From Ostreococcus lucimarinus (Eukaryota), in the NCBI GenBank assembly GCA_000092065.1, contig CP000595.1: DNA of 64,000 nucleotides. One strand, given 5' to 3'. A model generated the notes under the pieces. It did not search any database and was not told the origin of the DNA. It worked only from the letters and a program-made list of their open reading frames with translations. The translations under genes and the position numbers were made by a program. Below are positions 9,061-17,183 of this stretch, one piece after another; position 1 is the stretch's first letter; each line of letters opens with the position of its first letter.

Positions 9061-11910
9061 TTGCTCGCCGTCGCGCTTCTCCGCGCCGCGAGCGTCCCGC
9101 GCCCTCCGTCGCGTCGGCGTCGCCGTCTCCGGCGCGATCCACCGCCTCACCTAAGAAGGTCGACGTCACGGCGTCAAAAAGCGCCGCCTTCGTCGCCCCT
9201 TCGTCGCGCGACGCGCGCGATCGCGGTCGAAACGCTCGAATCGAGCGAAACGCGCGCGATGGCGTTCGACGACGCGTCGCGCGTCGCGCCGCAGCCGCAG
9301 CGCGCCGAGCGCGACGGCGACGACGCTTCGGTCGTCGGTCCGGGACGAAAAGCGCAATCGCTCCAAACGAAGGATTCGTCGAGCGAACGGACGCGAACGG
9401 GCGTCGCGAACCGAGTGAATGGGTACTTTGGCGCGAAGTTTCATCGCCTCGGGCGATTGAGCGCGTCGAGACCTTGGACGGTGATGCTGTGCTCGATGTT
9501 GTTTTGCATCTTGTGCGCCGTCGGCTTGGGGGCGCCGGGATTGAAGAATGAAAAGCGCGGCGATAAGCTTTGGGTGCCGACCGATACGCCGGCGCAGGGG
9601 GATAAGAATTACGTCGATGCGAATTTTGGCTCGGAGACGCGCTTCGCGCAGGTGATTTTACGATCGACGACGAACGGGGCGAACGTGCTCACGCCGACGG
9701 GGTTGGCGGCGCTGGAGAACGTCGCGGCGCGAGTGCGGAACGCGAATATCGCGTGGGAAGGTGCGACGTATACTTATGCGCAACACTGTTACAAAATGGG
9801 GGCGACGTGCTACGAAAAGAGCGTGCTGAACGCGTTTGCGAACGCCACGGCGTACGGGTCGCAGTCGCTAATCGACGCGGCGCTGAGCGCGTCCCCGTTG
9901 ACCAGCGAGAACCCCAACGATGGATCTACGGTGTTGTTGAAGAACGTCGCCGGTGGAATAACCATGACTGGTGCCGTGCCGAGCGCCTCGGCGATTTCTC
10001 TGACGTACTTGTTCAAGAATAACGACGTGCTGAGGAACGGAGATTACGTCGATGAAAAGGGCGACGCGTTTGATAGCGTCGTGCTCGATATTTTCGCCAA
10101 TCCTCCGTCCGGTTTCAGCGCTTCATACGTCACCGAACGATCATTTTCCGACGAATTTGGCAGCACAATTCAAAGTGATTTGCAAAAGCTTCAAATCGCG
10201 CTGTTTTTGATTCTCGCCTACGCCGCGCTCACGCTCAGCAAATGGAACATGGGATGCGTCGGCTCTCGAGTGGGCGTCACTCTCGCGGGTATCGTCTCCA
10301 TCGGCATGGCCATCGCATCTGCGTACGGCATCGGTGCTTATTGTGGTCTCTTCTTCTCGCCGTTGATGAATGTTCTGCCGTTCTTATTGCTCGGCATCGG
10401 CGTCGACGACATGTTTGTCATCGTAAACTCGTACGACAACACGGAGGCGCGCGTCGACCCGGTCGAACGCATGGGGCGGTCTTTGCGAGTCGCCGGGATG
10501 AGCATCACGGTCACATCGGCCACGGATGTCATCGCCTTTCTCATCGGTTCGTCCACGTCGTTGCCAGCGTTGAAGAACTTTTGCTTCTACGCGGCGCTCG
10601 GCATCTTCTTTGACTATCTCTACCAAATCACCTTCTTCACCGCTTTCTTGTCCATCGACGAGCGAAGAAAGAGCGAAAACAAAGCCGACTGCTTCTTTTG
10701 CTTGGACTGCCCTCCCGAGGCGTGCTGCGTGTGCTGTACGCCGAAAAAAATGCCGAAGTCATTGCTGCAAATCGCTTTGGGCGATGGTCTCGGTAAGCAA
10801 CTCGGAAAGAAGCCCGTCAAAATTTTTGTCCTCGCGTTCTTCTCCGCCATCACCGTCGGCGGCATCATCGGTTCGACGAAGATGCAAGTCGATGCGGACG
10901 TGAACAATTTCATCCCAGATGGATCATACTTGAAGAACTGGTTCGCCGACACAGACGCGTACTTTACCGAGTACGGTGACGCGGTCGAGATCTACTCCAA
11001 GAGCACGCTCGATTTGACGACGGAAGATTCCATCTTGCGCGCCGCCACGGCGGCGTTTACGGCGAATCCGTACGTCATCAACGAATCCGTTCGTTCTTGG
11101 GTTGACGACTTTTACACATATCACACCACTACCAATGGCGTGACCGTGACGTCGCTCAACTATATCCCATCGCTCAAGACCTGGCTCAGCACCGCTGCTG
11201 GGTCTCAGTACAAAAACGACGTCGTGTTTGACGACGAGACGTCGCCGACGGCCATCGTCAGCACGCGAATTCACGGCAACCACATAAAGACGGACAAGTC
11301 GAACGTCAACGTGCAGGCGATGGATACGTTGCGCGCCGCGATTAACGCTGTCAGTGGTAACAACGGTCGAATTTTCGCCTTTGGTAGTCAGTGGTTGAAT
11401 TACGAGCAGTACAAGTCGATCACGAGCGAAGCCATCAGGAATATTTCCATCACTCTCGCGGCGTGCTTCGTCATCATCGCCATGCTCGTCATCGAGATTA
11501 AAACCGTCGTGAGCGTGTCCTTGGCGCTGACGATGATTTTTGTCAACATCGTCGGTTACATGCACTTCTGGGGTCTCACCATCGATTCCGTGACCGTCAT
11601 CATGCTCGTCATCGCTCTCGGACTCGCCGTCGATTACTCGGCGCACATCGGTCGCGCGTACTTGGAAAAGACTGGCACCCCGGACGAACGCATCGTTCGC
11701 ACGCTCCAGGACATGGGTGTCGCCGTCTGGAACGGTGCGATGTCCACCTTCATGGCTGTTCTCATCCTCGGCTCCTCCGATTCGTACGTCTTCCAAACCT
11801 TTTTCAAGCAGCTCTTCCTGTGCATCGTCCTCGGCTTGATGCACGGCTTGATCTTCCTTCCGGTGGTGCTCTCCATGTTGCGTCCCGCCGCGTACGCCGA
11901 GGCCACGTGA
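9061..11910 (+). CDS. Patched/Dispatched/NPC1-family RND-type membrane protein with sterol-sensing-domain-like transmembrane bundles
   Basis: 949 aa; two 6-helix transmembrane bundles carrying the RND/Patched GxxxD motifs (LLGIGVDDMFVIVNSY and ALGLAVDYSAHIGRAYLE) separated by large extracytoplasmic loops; Patched-like N-terminus (RVNGYFGAKFHRLGRL…). The start is probably the internal ATG near 9256. Confidence 0.85.
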   Translation: MLAVALLRAASVPRPPSRRRRRLRRDPPPHLRRSTSRRQKAPPSSPLRRATRAIAVETLESSETRAMAFDDASRVAPQPQRAERDGDDASVVGPGRKAQSLQTKDSSSERTRTGVANRVNGYFGAKFHRLGRLSASRPWTVMLCSMLFCILCAVGLGAPGLKNEKRGDKLWVPTDTPAQGDKNYVDANFGSETRFAQVILRSTTNGANVLTPTGLAALENVAARVRNANIAWEGATYTYAQHCYKMGATCYEKSVLNAFANATAYGSQSLIDAALSASPLTSENPNDGSTVLLKNVAGGITMTGAVPSASAISLTYLFKNNDVLRNGDYVDEKGDAFDSVVLDIFANPPSGFSASYVTERSFSDEFGSTIQSDLQKLQIALFLILAYAALTLSKWNMGCVGSRVGVTLAGIVSIGMAIASAYGIGAYCGLFFSPLMNVLPFLLLGIGVDDMFVIVNSYDNTEARVDPVERMGRSLRVAGMSITVTSATDVIAFLIGSSTSLPALKNFCFYAALGIFFDYLYQITFFTAFLSIDERRKSENKADCFFCLDCPPEACCVCCTPKKMPKSLLQIALGDGLGKQLGKKPVKIFVLAFFSAITVGGIIGSTKMQVDADVNNFIPDGSYLKNWFADTDAYFTEYGDAVEIYSKSTLDLTTEDSILRAATAAFTANPYVINESVRSWVDDFYTYHTTTNGVTVTSLNYIPSLKTWLSTAAGSQYKNDVVFDDETSPTAIVSTRIHGNHIKTDKSNVNVQAMDTLRAAINAVSGNNGRIFAFGSQWLNYEQYKSITSEAIRNISITLAACFVIIAMLVIEIKTVVSVSLALTMIFVNIVGYMHFWGLTIDSVTVIMLVIALGLAVDYSAHIGRAYLEKTGTPDERIVRTLQDMGVAVWNGAMSTFMAVLILGSSDSYVFQTFFKQLFLCIVLGLMHGLIFLPVVLSMLRPAAYAEAT

Positions 11911-12022
11911 CCGAGCTCACCGAAATAATCTTATTCTTTCGCATGCTTTCGTGCAATTTGTTCCGTTATCTCCGTGTAAAATCACTCCGACATATAGAAC
12001 GACCTCACCACTCGCGCTCGCT

Positions 12023-12059
12023 CGACGACCGACCGACCGACCGACCGACCGACCGACCG
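12023..12059. repeat. (CGAC)n tetranucleotide microsatellite, about 9 units
   Basis: cgacgaccgaccgaccgaccgaccgaccgaccgaccgc read directly from the sequence in the spacer upstream of the DUF726 gene. Confidence 0.9.
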
Positions 12060-12105
12060 CGTCACTTCGCGCCCCACGGCGTCGGCTTCGTCGCCGGCGC
12101 GCGCG

Positions 12106-14169
12106 ATGCGCACGGCTTCGTCGACTTCGTCGGCGTCGCGCCGCGCGTCCCTGTCTCTCTCGCGCGCGTCGTCGGCGACGGTTCGCGCGGCGAACCGACG
12201 TTGCGATCGTCATAACGGTGTCGTTCGTTCGCTCGAACGCGCGCGCGGAAGCGCGCACGCGACGCGCGCGACGCCGCGATCGGGCGATCGGGCGACGTTT
12301 ACGGATGCGTACGCGGTGGACGCGAGCTTCGGTGGCTCGCTGGACGCGTCGTCGGATCGATGGGACGGAACGGCGCTGTCGTGGAGCTCTGAGATGGATT
12401 ACGACGAGGAGTTCGGCGCGCCGTGGTGGACGCCCGAACGCGTCGCGCGCGTGGGACGAACGATAGAAAGCGCGGTGAATGACACGATGCGAGAGTGGCC
12501 GGACGAAGGGTTGACGGTCGAGAGATTGGTGGAGACGCTCGTGTCGAGAGGGGCGCTTCGCGCGGATGAGCGCGCGGCGCTCAGGCAGCGCGCGAAACGC
12601 GTCGGCGAGGATTGGACGCGGTATGCGCAAGCCGAGGATCGCGCGGTCTTAAAGCTACGAAGGAAGTTGGTAAAGGGCGAGGACATTCGCGCGAATGCGT
12701 TGAAGCTGCCGAAAATCGACTCGACGTCGATAAAAGATTGGACCAAGTCGGATTGGGAACGCTTCTTCAAGGTGGTTTTGGCGTCCGTCATCGGCGGTGC
12801 CGCGTTATTTGCGAGCGGAGGGACCGCGACACCGGCGCTAGTGGCGGCAATGCACGGACTCGGGCTCGGTGCTGAAGCGTTTTCAGCGTTCGGTGGTTTG
12901 CAATGTATGCTCGGCGTCACCGGCGCGTCGCTGTGCGCGCAAAAGATGGCGAATCGCACCAAGACTGAGCTTGAAAACTTCGACCTCATACCGCTTCGCG
13001 GCGCGCATAAATCGTATGCCATGCATATATTCGTTCCTGGGTTTACGCGCGACGACCATGACTTATTAGGCGCTTGGGGTGCGACGAACAACCAATACGT
13101 CTCCGTCGTGCCGGAATCCCGTTCCGTCGTCCCCGACCTGGGCATCGAGTTCACGAGTGGCGCAGATGGATCGATCATCGTACAGGCGAAAGACGATTCA
13201 ATCGCCAAGCGTCATGGTGTTGTTTCTGGAAGCACTCTGCTGTCTTATCGATCGGTTAAAAAACCTGGCGAGCCGAGTGTCGTGCTCTCCGAACTCGTCG
13301 ACATGCCGACGTCTGACGAATTGTCGCGAGTGCCGCGCCCAATCGAGATTCGACTGCAGCTCCCCGATCGCGATGATGAGCTGAAGAAAGAAATGAGCGA
13401 GCTCGCGAACGAAATCAAGTCTCAAGTCGGTAATCATAGCAAGGAAGAACACTTGCCGACCGCTGAAGCGGCTATTCGACCCGAGCAACGGCGCTGGGGC
13501 AATCGCACGGGCGAGCAACTCGTGTTGAATTGGGAGCCGTCTACACTCAATGAACTCGGCGCGTGCATGACATCCTGGAACGAGACGTGCACCGTCAACT
13601 TTTACTTAACGCCCGCAGCGTTGGCTAAGACTGCGCTCGGAGGGATCGCTGACGCTATCGCTTGGCCGGCGACGCTTCTCTCGAGCGCGGGTTTCATCGA
13701 CGATCCTTGGGCTTTGGTCAAACTGCGCGGAAAAATCGCGGGCGAAGAACTCGCGCAGAGCTTGTTAGATGGCCAGCATGGTCATCGACCGGTGACGTTC
13801 GTCGCGTACAGCGCCGGTGCTTACGTCGTTCAGAGCTGCTTGCAAAAGTTGTACGAAGCCGGCGACAGAGGCAAGAACATCGTCGACCGCGCAATCTTCA
13901 TCTCGGCGCCGATTTCTACGTCCAAGGACGTTTGGCAGCCGATGCGTGAGGTCGTCTCCGGTCGTCTCGTTAACGTCCACTGCCACACGGATTGGATTTT
14001 GCTTCTCATGTGGCGCTTCAACATGCTCGATCCCATGACCAGACTCGCGGGCTTGTCCATCGTCAAGCGCGTGCCGAGCGTGGAAAACTACAACATTAAA
14101 AATCTCCGTCACGCGCATCTCCCCGACGAAATCTCGCGCGTGCTCGAGGAAATCGACCTTCAAGAGTAA
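12106..14169 (+). CDS. DUF726 / TMCO4-like alpha/beta-hydrolase-fold membrane protein
   Basis: C-terminal block IDDPWALVKLRGKIAGEELAQSLLDGQHGHRPVTFVAYSAGAYVV…VDRAIFISAPIS…VVSGRLVNVHCHTDWILLLMWRF…ENYNIKNLRHAHLPD matches the DUF726 signature (GxSxG-like nucleophile elbow, conserved His/Asp). A central hydrophobic segment is present; two TGTAA motifs follow the stop. Confidence 0.8.
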   Translation: MRTASSTSSASRRASLSLSRASSATVRAANRRCDRHNGVVRSLERARGSAHATRATPRSGDRATFTDAYAVDASFGGSLDASSDRWDGTALSWSSEMDYDEEFGAPWWTPERVARVGRTIESAVNDTMREWPDEGLTVERLVETLVSRGALRADERAALRQRAKRVGEDWTRYAQAEDRAVLKLRRKLVKGEDIRANALKLPKIDSTSIKDWTKSDWERFFKVVLASVIGGAALFASGGTATPALVAAMHGLGLGAEAFSAFGGLQCMLGVTGASLCAQKMANRTKTELENFDLIPLRGAHKSYAMHIFVPGFTRDDHDLLGAWGATNNQYVSVVPESRSVVPDLGIEFTSGADGSIIVQAKDDSIAKRHGVVSGSTLLSYRSVKKPGEPSVVLSELVDMPTSDELSRVPRPIEIRLQLPDRDDELKKEMSELANEIKSQVGNHSKEEHLPTAEAAIRPEQRRWGNRTGEQLVLNWEPSTLNELGACMTSWNETCTVNFYLTPAALAKTALGGIADAIAWPATLLSSAGFIDDPWALVKLRGKIAGEELAQSLLDGQHGHRPVTFVAYSAGAYVVQSCLQKLYEAGDRGKNIVDRAIFISAPISTSKDVWQPMREVVSGRLVNVHCHTDWILLLMWRFNMLDPMTRLAGLSIVKRVPSVENYNIKNLRHAHLPDEISRVLEEIDLQE

Positions 14170-14176
14170 ATATTCC

Positions 14177-14190
14177 TGTAATTCCTGTAA
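14177..14190 (+). terminator. two TGTAA putative polyadenylation signals downstream of the DUF726 gene
   Basis: cctgtaattcctgtaataacg lies 8–20 nt after the stop at 14169; TGTAA is the established chlorophyte poly(A) signal. Confidence 0.45.
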
Positions 14191-14264
14191 TAACGATGCA
14201 CTGACCCTCGCCGCCGCGCGTTTCGCTTTGCCTCGAGTCGGCGTCCGCGGCGAGCCCACACTTC

Positions 14265-15485
14265 GTGCGGCGTCCCCACACTTCGTGCCGTCGCGCCATG
14301 CCGCGAATCGTCGGGCTCGGCGACCCCGTGACTGATGTGGTGTATCACGCATCTCGCGACGCGATCGTCGCGCTGTTGCGCGACGCGCACGACGCACACG
14401 ACGCGGATGAAGTTGAAATCGGCGGCTGCGTCCCAGTGTCCGCGCGCGAGCTGCGCGCGCTCGTGCGCGCGATTCCCGAGCGCGACGCCGTCGTGAGCCC
14501 CGGCGGAAGCGCGGCGAACGTTCTCAAAGGCATCGCACAGTGCGCGGCCGACGATGCGAGCTCGACGACGTCGTGCGTGTTCGTAGGGACCGTGGACGGG
14601 CGGGACGACGTCGGCGCGGCGTACGGGGACGCGCTGCGACGCGCGAGAGTTGAATCGGCGCTCATGGCGTACGAAGGCGATGATGCGAGCGATGCAGAGG
14701 GAGAAAATGGAATAATTGGAAGCGCGCGATGCGTGTGCTTGGTGGACGATCGAGGGCAGAGAACGATGCGGACGTATTTGGGGGCGTCGGCGAAGACGCG
14801 AGCGGACGATTTGCCGAGCGAGGCGTTGCGCTCGGCGGATGTGTTGCACGCGGAGGGGTACGCGCTGTATAAACCGGATGTTTTAGCGCGCGCGTGCGCG
14901 CTGGCCAAGGAAAACGGCGCGCTCGTGAGCTTAGATTTGGCGTCGTTTGAGGTTGTGAGGCACTGTCGAGACGCGCTGCGCGAGACGCTCGAGTCGGGCG
15001 TCGTCGACGTGATATTTTGCAACGAAGACGAGGCGCGCGAACTCGTGCGTGGAATCGACGACGACGGCTGCGCGCGCGCGCAGGAGTCGCATCCGCAGTT
15101 GAACGGGCGCGACGTCGAGCGACCGAGCGAGGAAACCGAGTTGGCGGCTTTGGCGTATTTATTGCGTTACGTCAAACTGGCCGTGTGTTCTCGCGGCAAG
15201 CGCGGGTGCGTCGCGATGAACGCTGAAGGCGAGCGAAGCGAATCTCGCGCCGAAGGCGTGGAAGCGATCGACACCACGGGCGCGGGAGACACGTTCACGA
15301 GCGGGTTCTTGCACGCCTATCTCGCCGGTGGATCGTTGCGACAGTGCGGCGACGCCGGTTGCGCCGCGGGGGCAGAGGTCGTTCAAGTTCGCGGCGCGGA
15401 GATGGACGACGATCGCTGGCGTCGCGTGCGCGAAAAGATTGCGATAATTTTAGGCAAGGAGCGCTCACCGAGCGCGACGATGTAG
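14265..15485 (+). CDS. pfkB-family carbohydrate/nucleoside kinase (ribokinase/adenosine-kinase-like)
   Basis: The pfkB signature DTTGAGDTFTSGFLHAYLAGG sits near the C-terminus; an N-terminal glycine-rich motif (SPGGSAANVL) is also present. Confidence 0.85.
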   Translation: MRRPHTSCRRAMPRIVGLGDPVTDVVYHASRDAIVALLRDAHDAHDADEVEIGGCVPVSARELRALVRAIPERDAVVSPGGSAANVLKGIAQCAADDASSTTSCVFVGTVDGRDDVGAAYGDALRRARVESALMAYEGDDASDAEGENGIIGSARCVCLVDDRGQRTMRTYLGASAKTRADDLPSEALRSADVLHAEGYALYKPDVLARACALAKENGALVSLDLASFEVVRHCRDALRETLESGVVDVIFCNEDEARELVRGIDDDGCARAQESHPQLNGRDVERPSEETELAALAYLLRYVKLAVCSRGKRGCVAMNAEGERSESRAEGVEAIDTTGAGDTFTSGFLHAYLAGGSLRQCGDAGCAAGAEVVQVRGAEMDDDRWRRVREKIAIILGKERSPSATM

Positions 15486-15571
15486 CGTTAGCGATAAAAA
15501 TCTGGTTGTCGTGTTGTTATTGATTCATCATCACGAAATTCGGCCCCAAAGTACTTCACGCGTTCTCTCGT

Positions 15572-16879
15572 TCAGATCGCGAAGGTGCCGACGGGTTCTC
15601 GTTGTCGATATTTGCGCGCTCGAAGGTGCCTCTGGTAGCACGCCGTGCACACGGTGTGTTCGCCAGACTTGCGCCACTGCGATGATTGCTTCGTGCGGTC
15701 GCACGACGGACAGTGCCGCGGCGGCGCGGAGCTCGGCTTTTGCGCCTTTTTCCCGCCGTTTTTGTGCGGCGGCATGCGCTTGCGAGGCGCGCCGGCGGCG
15801 TTCAAATCCGGGTGATTCGCGCGGTCGCTGAAACACTGGTGACACGTCCACACGGGTTCGCCCTCGGGCCCGGTTTCTTTCGATCGGTACCATCGCACGT
15901 CGGGCTCGGTGCGCTTCGCCTTTCGGCAATCCGCGCACGTTCGTTCGTCGCGCAGTTTCCGCATGCGATTCTTCGTTCGGTGATAGCACTTGTGGCAGCA
16001 CTTCCCCCCCGCCGCCGCGTCCTCCGACGGGTCGCTCACCAACAGCATCCCGTTCGCGGAATTCCCGCACTTTTCGCACCGCGTCAGCGCGCCCTCGTTC
16101 TTTCTCCGCTCCTTCCGCGCGCGCTCGTAGCACTTCGCGCACCGCGTCCCGAGCGCGCCGCCCTCGCGCCCCGTCGCCGCGGTCCCCCGCGCGGGATCGT
16201 CCGCCGCCACGCGCACCCACTCCCCCCTGCACTTCGTCTCCCCGCACTCCACGCACGCCCGCACGACGCCGTCGACGACGTGCTCCGTCGTCGCGTTCCT
16301 CTTTCTCCGCTCTCTCTGAAAGCACGCCTTGCACCGAAACCGCGTCGCGTCGCCCCCCCCGTCATCCATCCTTCGCCATCTCGACGTCTTCTCCGCCCCG
16401 CACGTCTCGCACGCCCGCCCATCCGTCGCCGGTGGTGCGCGCTTCTCCGTCCTCTGCCCCGGCGTCCCTCGCGCGCCCTCCGCGGTCGCCGCCGGTCGTT
16501 TCCGCGGCGTCCCGGTCGCGCGTCCCGGTCGCGCGTCGAGCGACCCGAGTCTCGCCGTCGTCTCGCGCGTCGTCGCCTGCACGCGCGCGCGATCGTCGCT
16601 CGGCGCGCGCACCGAAGCGACGAGCGAGCGCTCGCGCGTCGCGCGGCGCGACATCGTTGTCGACGGATCGCGCGCCGGGGCGTCGAGAGTCGCGCGCGTC
16701 CGTGTGTGGATCGCGCAACGGTCGAATGCGATCGATGGATGCGATCGATGCGATCGATCGATCGATCGACGCGAGGCGACGGCGCGATGCGGATGATTCG
16801 GACGCGCGAATCCCATCGTTCGCGCGCGCGCGCGTTCGCGCGTTCGCGCGTTCGCGCATTCGCGCGCATGCACTCGCAT
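15572..16879 (-). CDS. multi-zinc-finger protein with about five GATA-like C-x2-C-x17-24-C-x2-C fingers
   Basis: Repeated modules such as CPSCDRTKQSSQWRKSGEHTVCTACYQRHLR (exact C-x2-C-x17-C-x2-C spacing with T…W-R, as in GATA fingers), CETCGAEKTSRWRR…CKACF, CEKCGN…CHKCY, CADCRKAK…WY…CHQCF. The N-terminal part is low-complexity, so the start is uncertain. Confidence 0.55.
   Translation of the reverse strand: MRVHARECANARTRERARARTMGFARPNHPHRAVASRRSIDRSHRSHPSIAFDRCAIHTRTRATLDAPARDPSTTMSRRATRERSLVASVRAPSDDRARVQATTRETTARLGSLDARPGRATGTPRKRPAATAEGARGTPGQRTEKRAPPATDGRACETCGAEKTSRWRRMDDGGGDATRFRCKACFQRERRKRNATTEHVVDGVVRACVECGETKCRGEWVRVAADDPARGTAATGREGGALGTRCAKCYERARKERRKNEGALTRCEKCGNSANGMLLVSDPSEDAAAGGKCCHKCYHRTKNRMRKLRDERTCADCRKAKRTEPDVRWYRSKETGPEGEPVWTCHQCFSDRANHPDLNAAGAPRKRMPPHKNGGKKAQKPSSAPPRHCPSCDRTKQSSQWRKSGEHTVCTACYQRHLRARKYRQREPVGTFAI
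16728..16772. repeat. (GATC/CGAT)-based microsatellite; a (CGCGTTCG)x3 run follows at about 16838–16872
   Basis: gcgatcgatggatgcgatcgatgcgatcgatcgatcgatcgacg, read directly from the sequence. Confidence 0.8.
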
Positions 16880-16926
16880 TCATCCGAGGGGGACGACGAC
16901 GGACGACTGTGTCGTTGTATCATCGG

Positions 16927-17097
16927 GTACGAAGCCCTTGGTATATGACCCAGTGCGTCGTATACGGTCACGGTTTTCGCTATGTATCGAAAATCAGGGT
17001 TACGAAGCCCTCGGTATGTGACCCAGTGCGTCGTATACGGGCACGAATATCGCTGTGTATACGGACACGAAAATCAGGGTTTAGGGTTTAGAAGATG
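16927..17097. repeat. two tandem copies of a roughly 75–80-bp AT-richer element, terminating in a (TTTAGGG)2 plant-type telomere-like motif
   Basis: Copy 1 (16927–17001) and copy 2 (17001–17085) both read acgaagccc[t/c][t/c]ggtat[a/g]tgacccagtgcgtcgtatacgg…gaaaatcagggtt; copy 2 is followed by tagggtttag. The element sits in the spacer between the divergent GATA-like (minus) and Sel1 (plus) genes. Confidence 0.8.
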
Positions 17098-17183
17098 CCG
17101 CCGACGCGCGACCGCGGCGACGCCGACCGTCGCGCGCATCGCGACGCGCGACGCGCGACGATCGCGCCGTCGCGCGACGCGCG

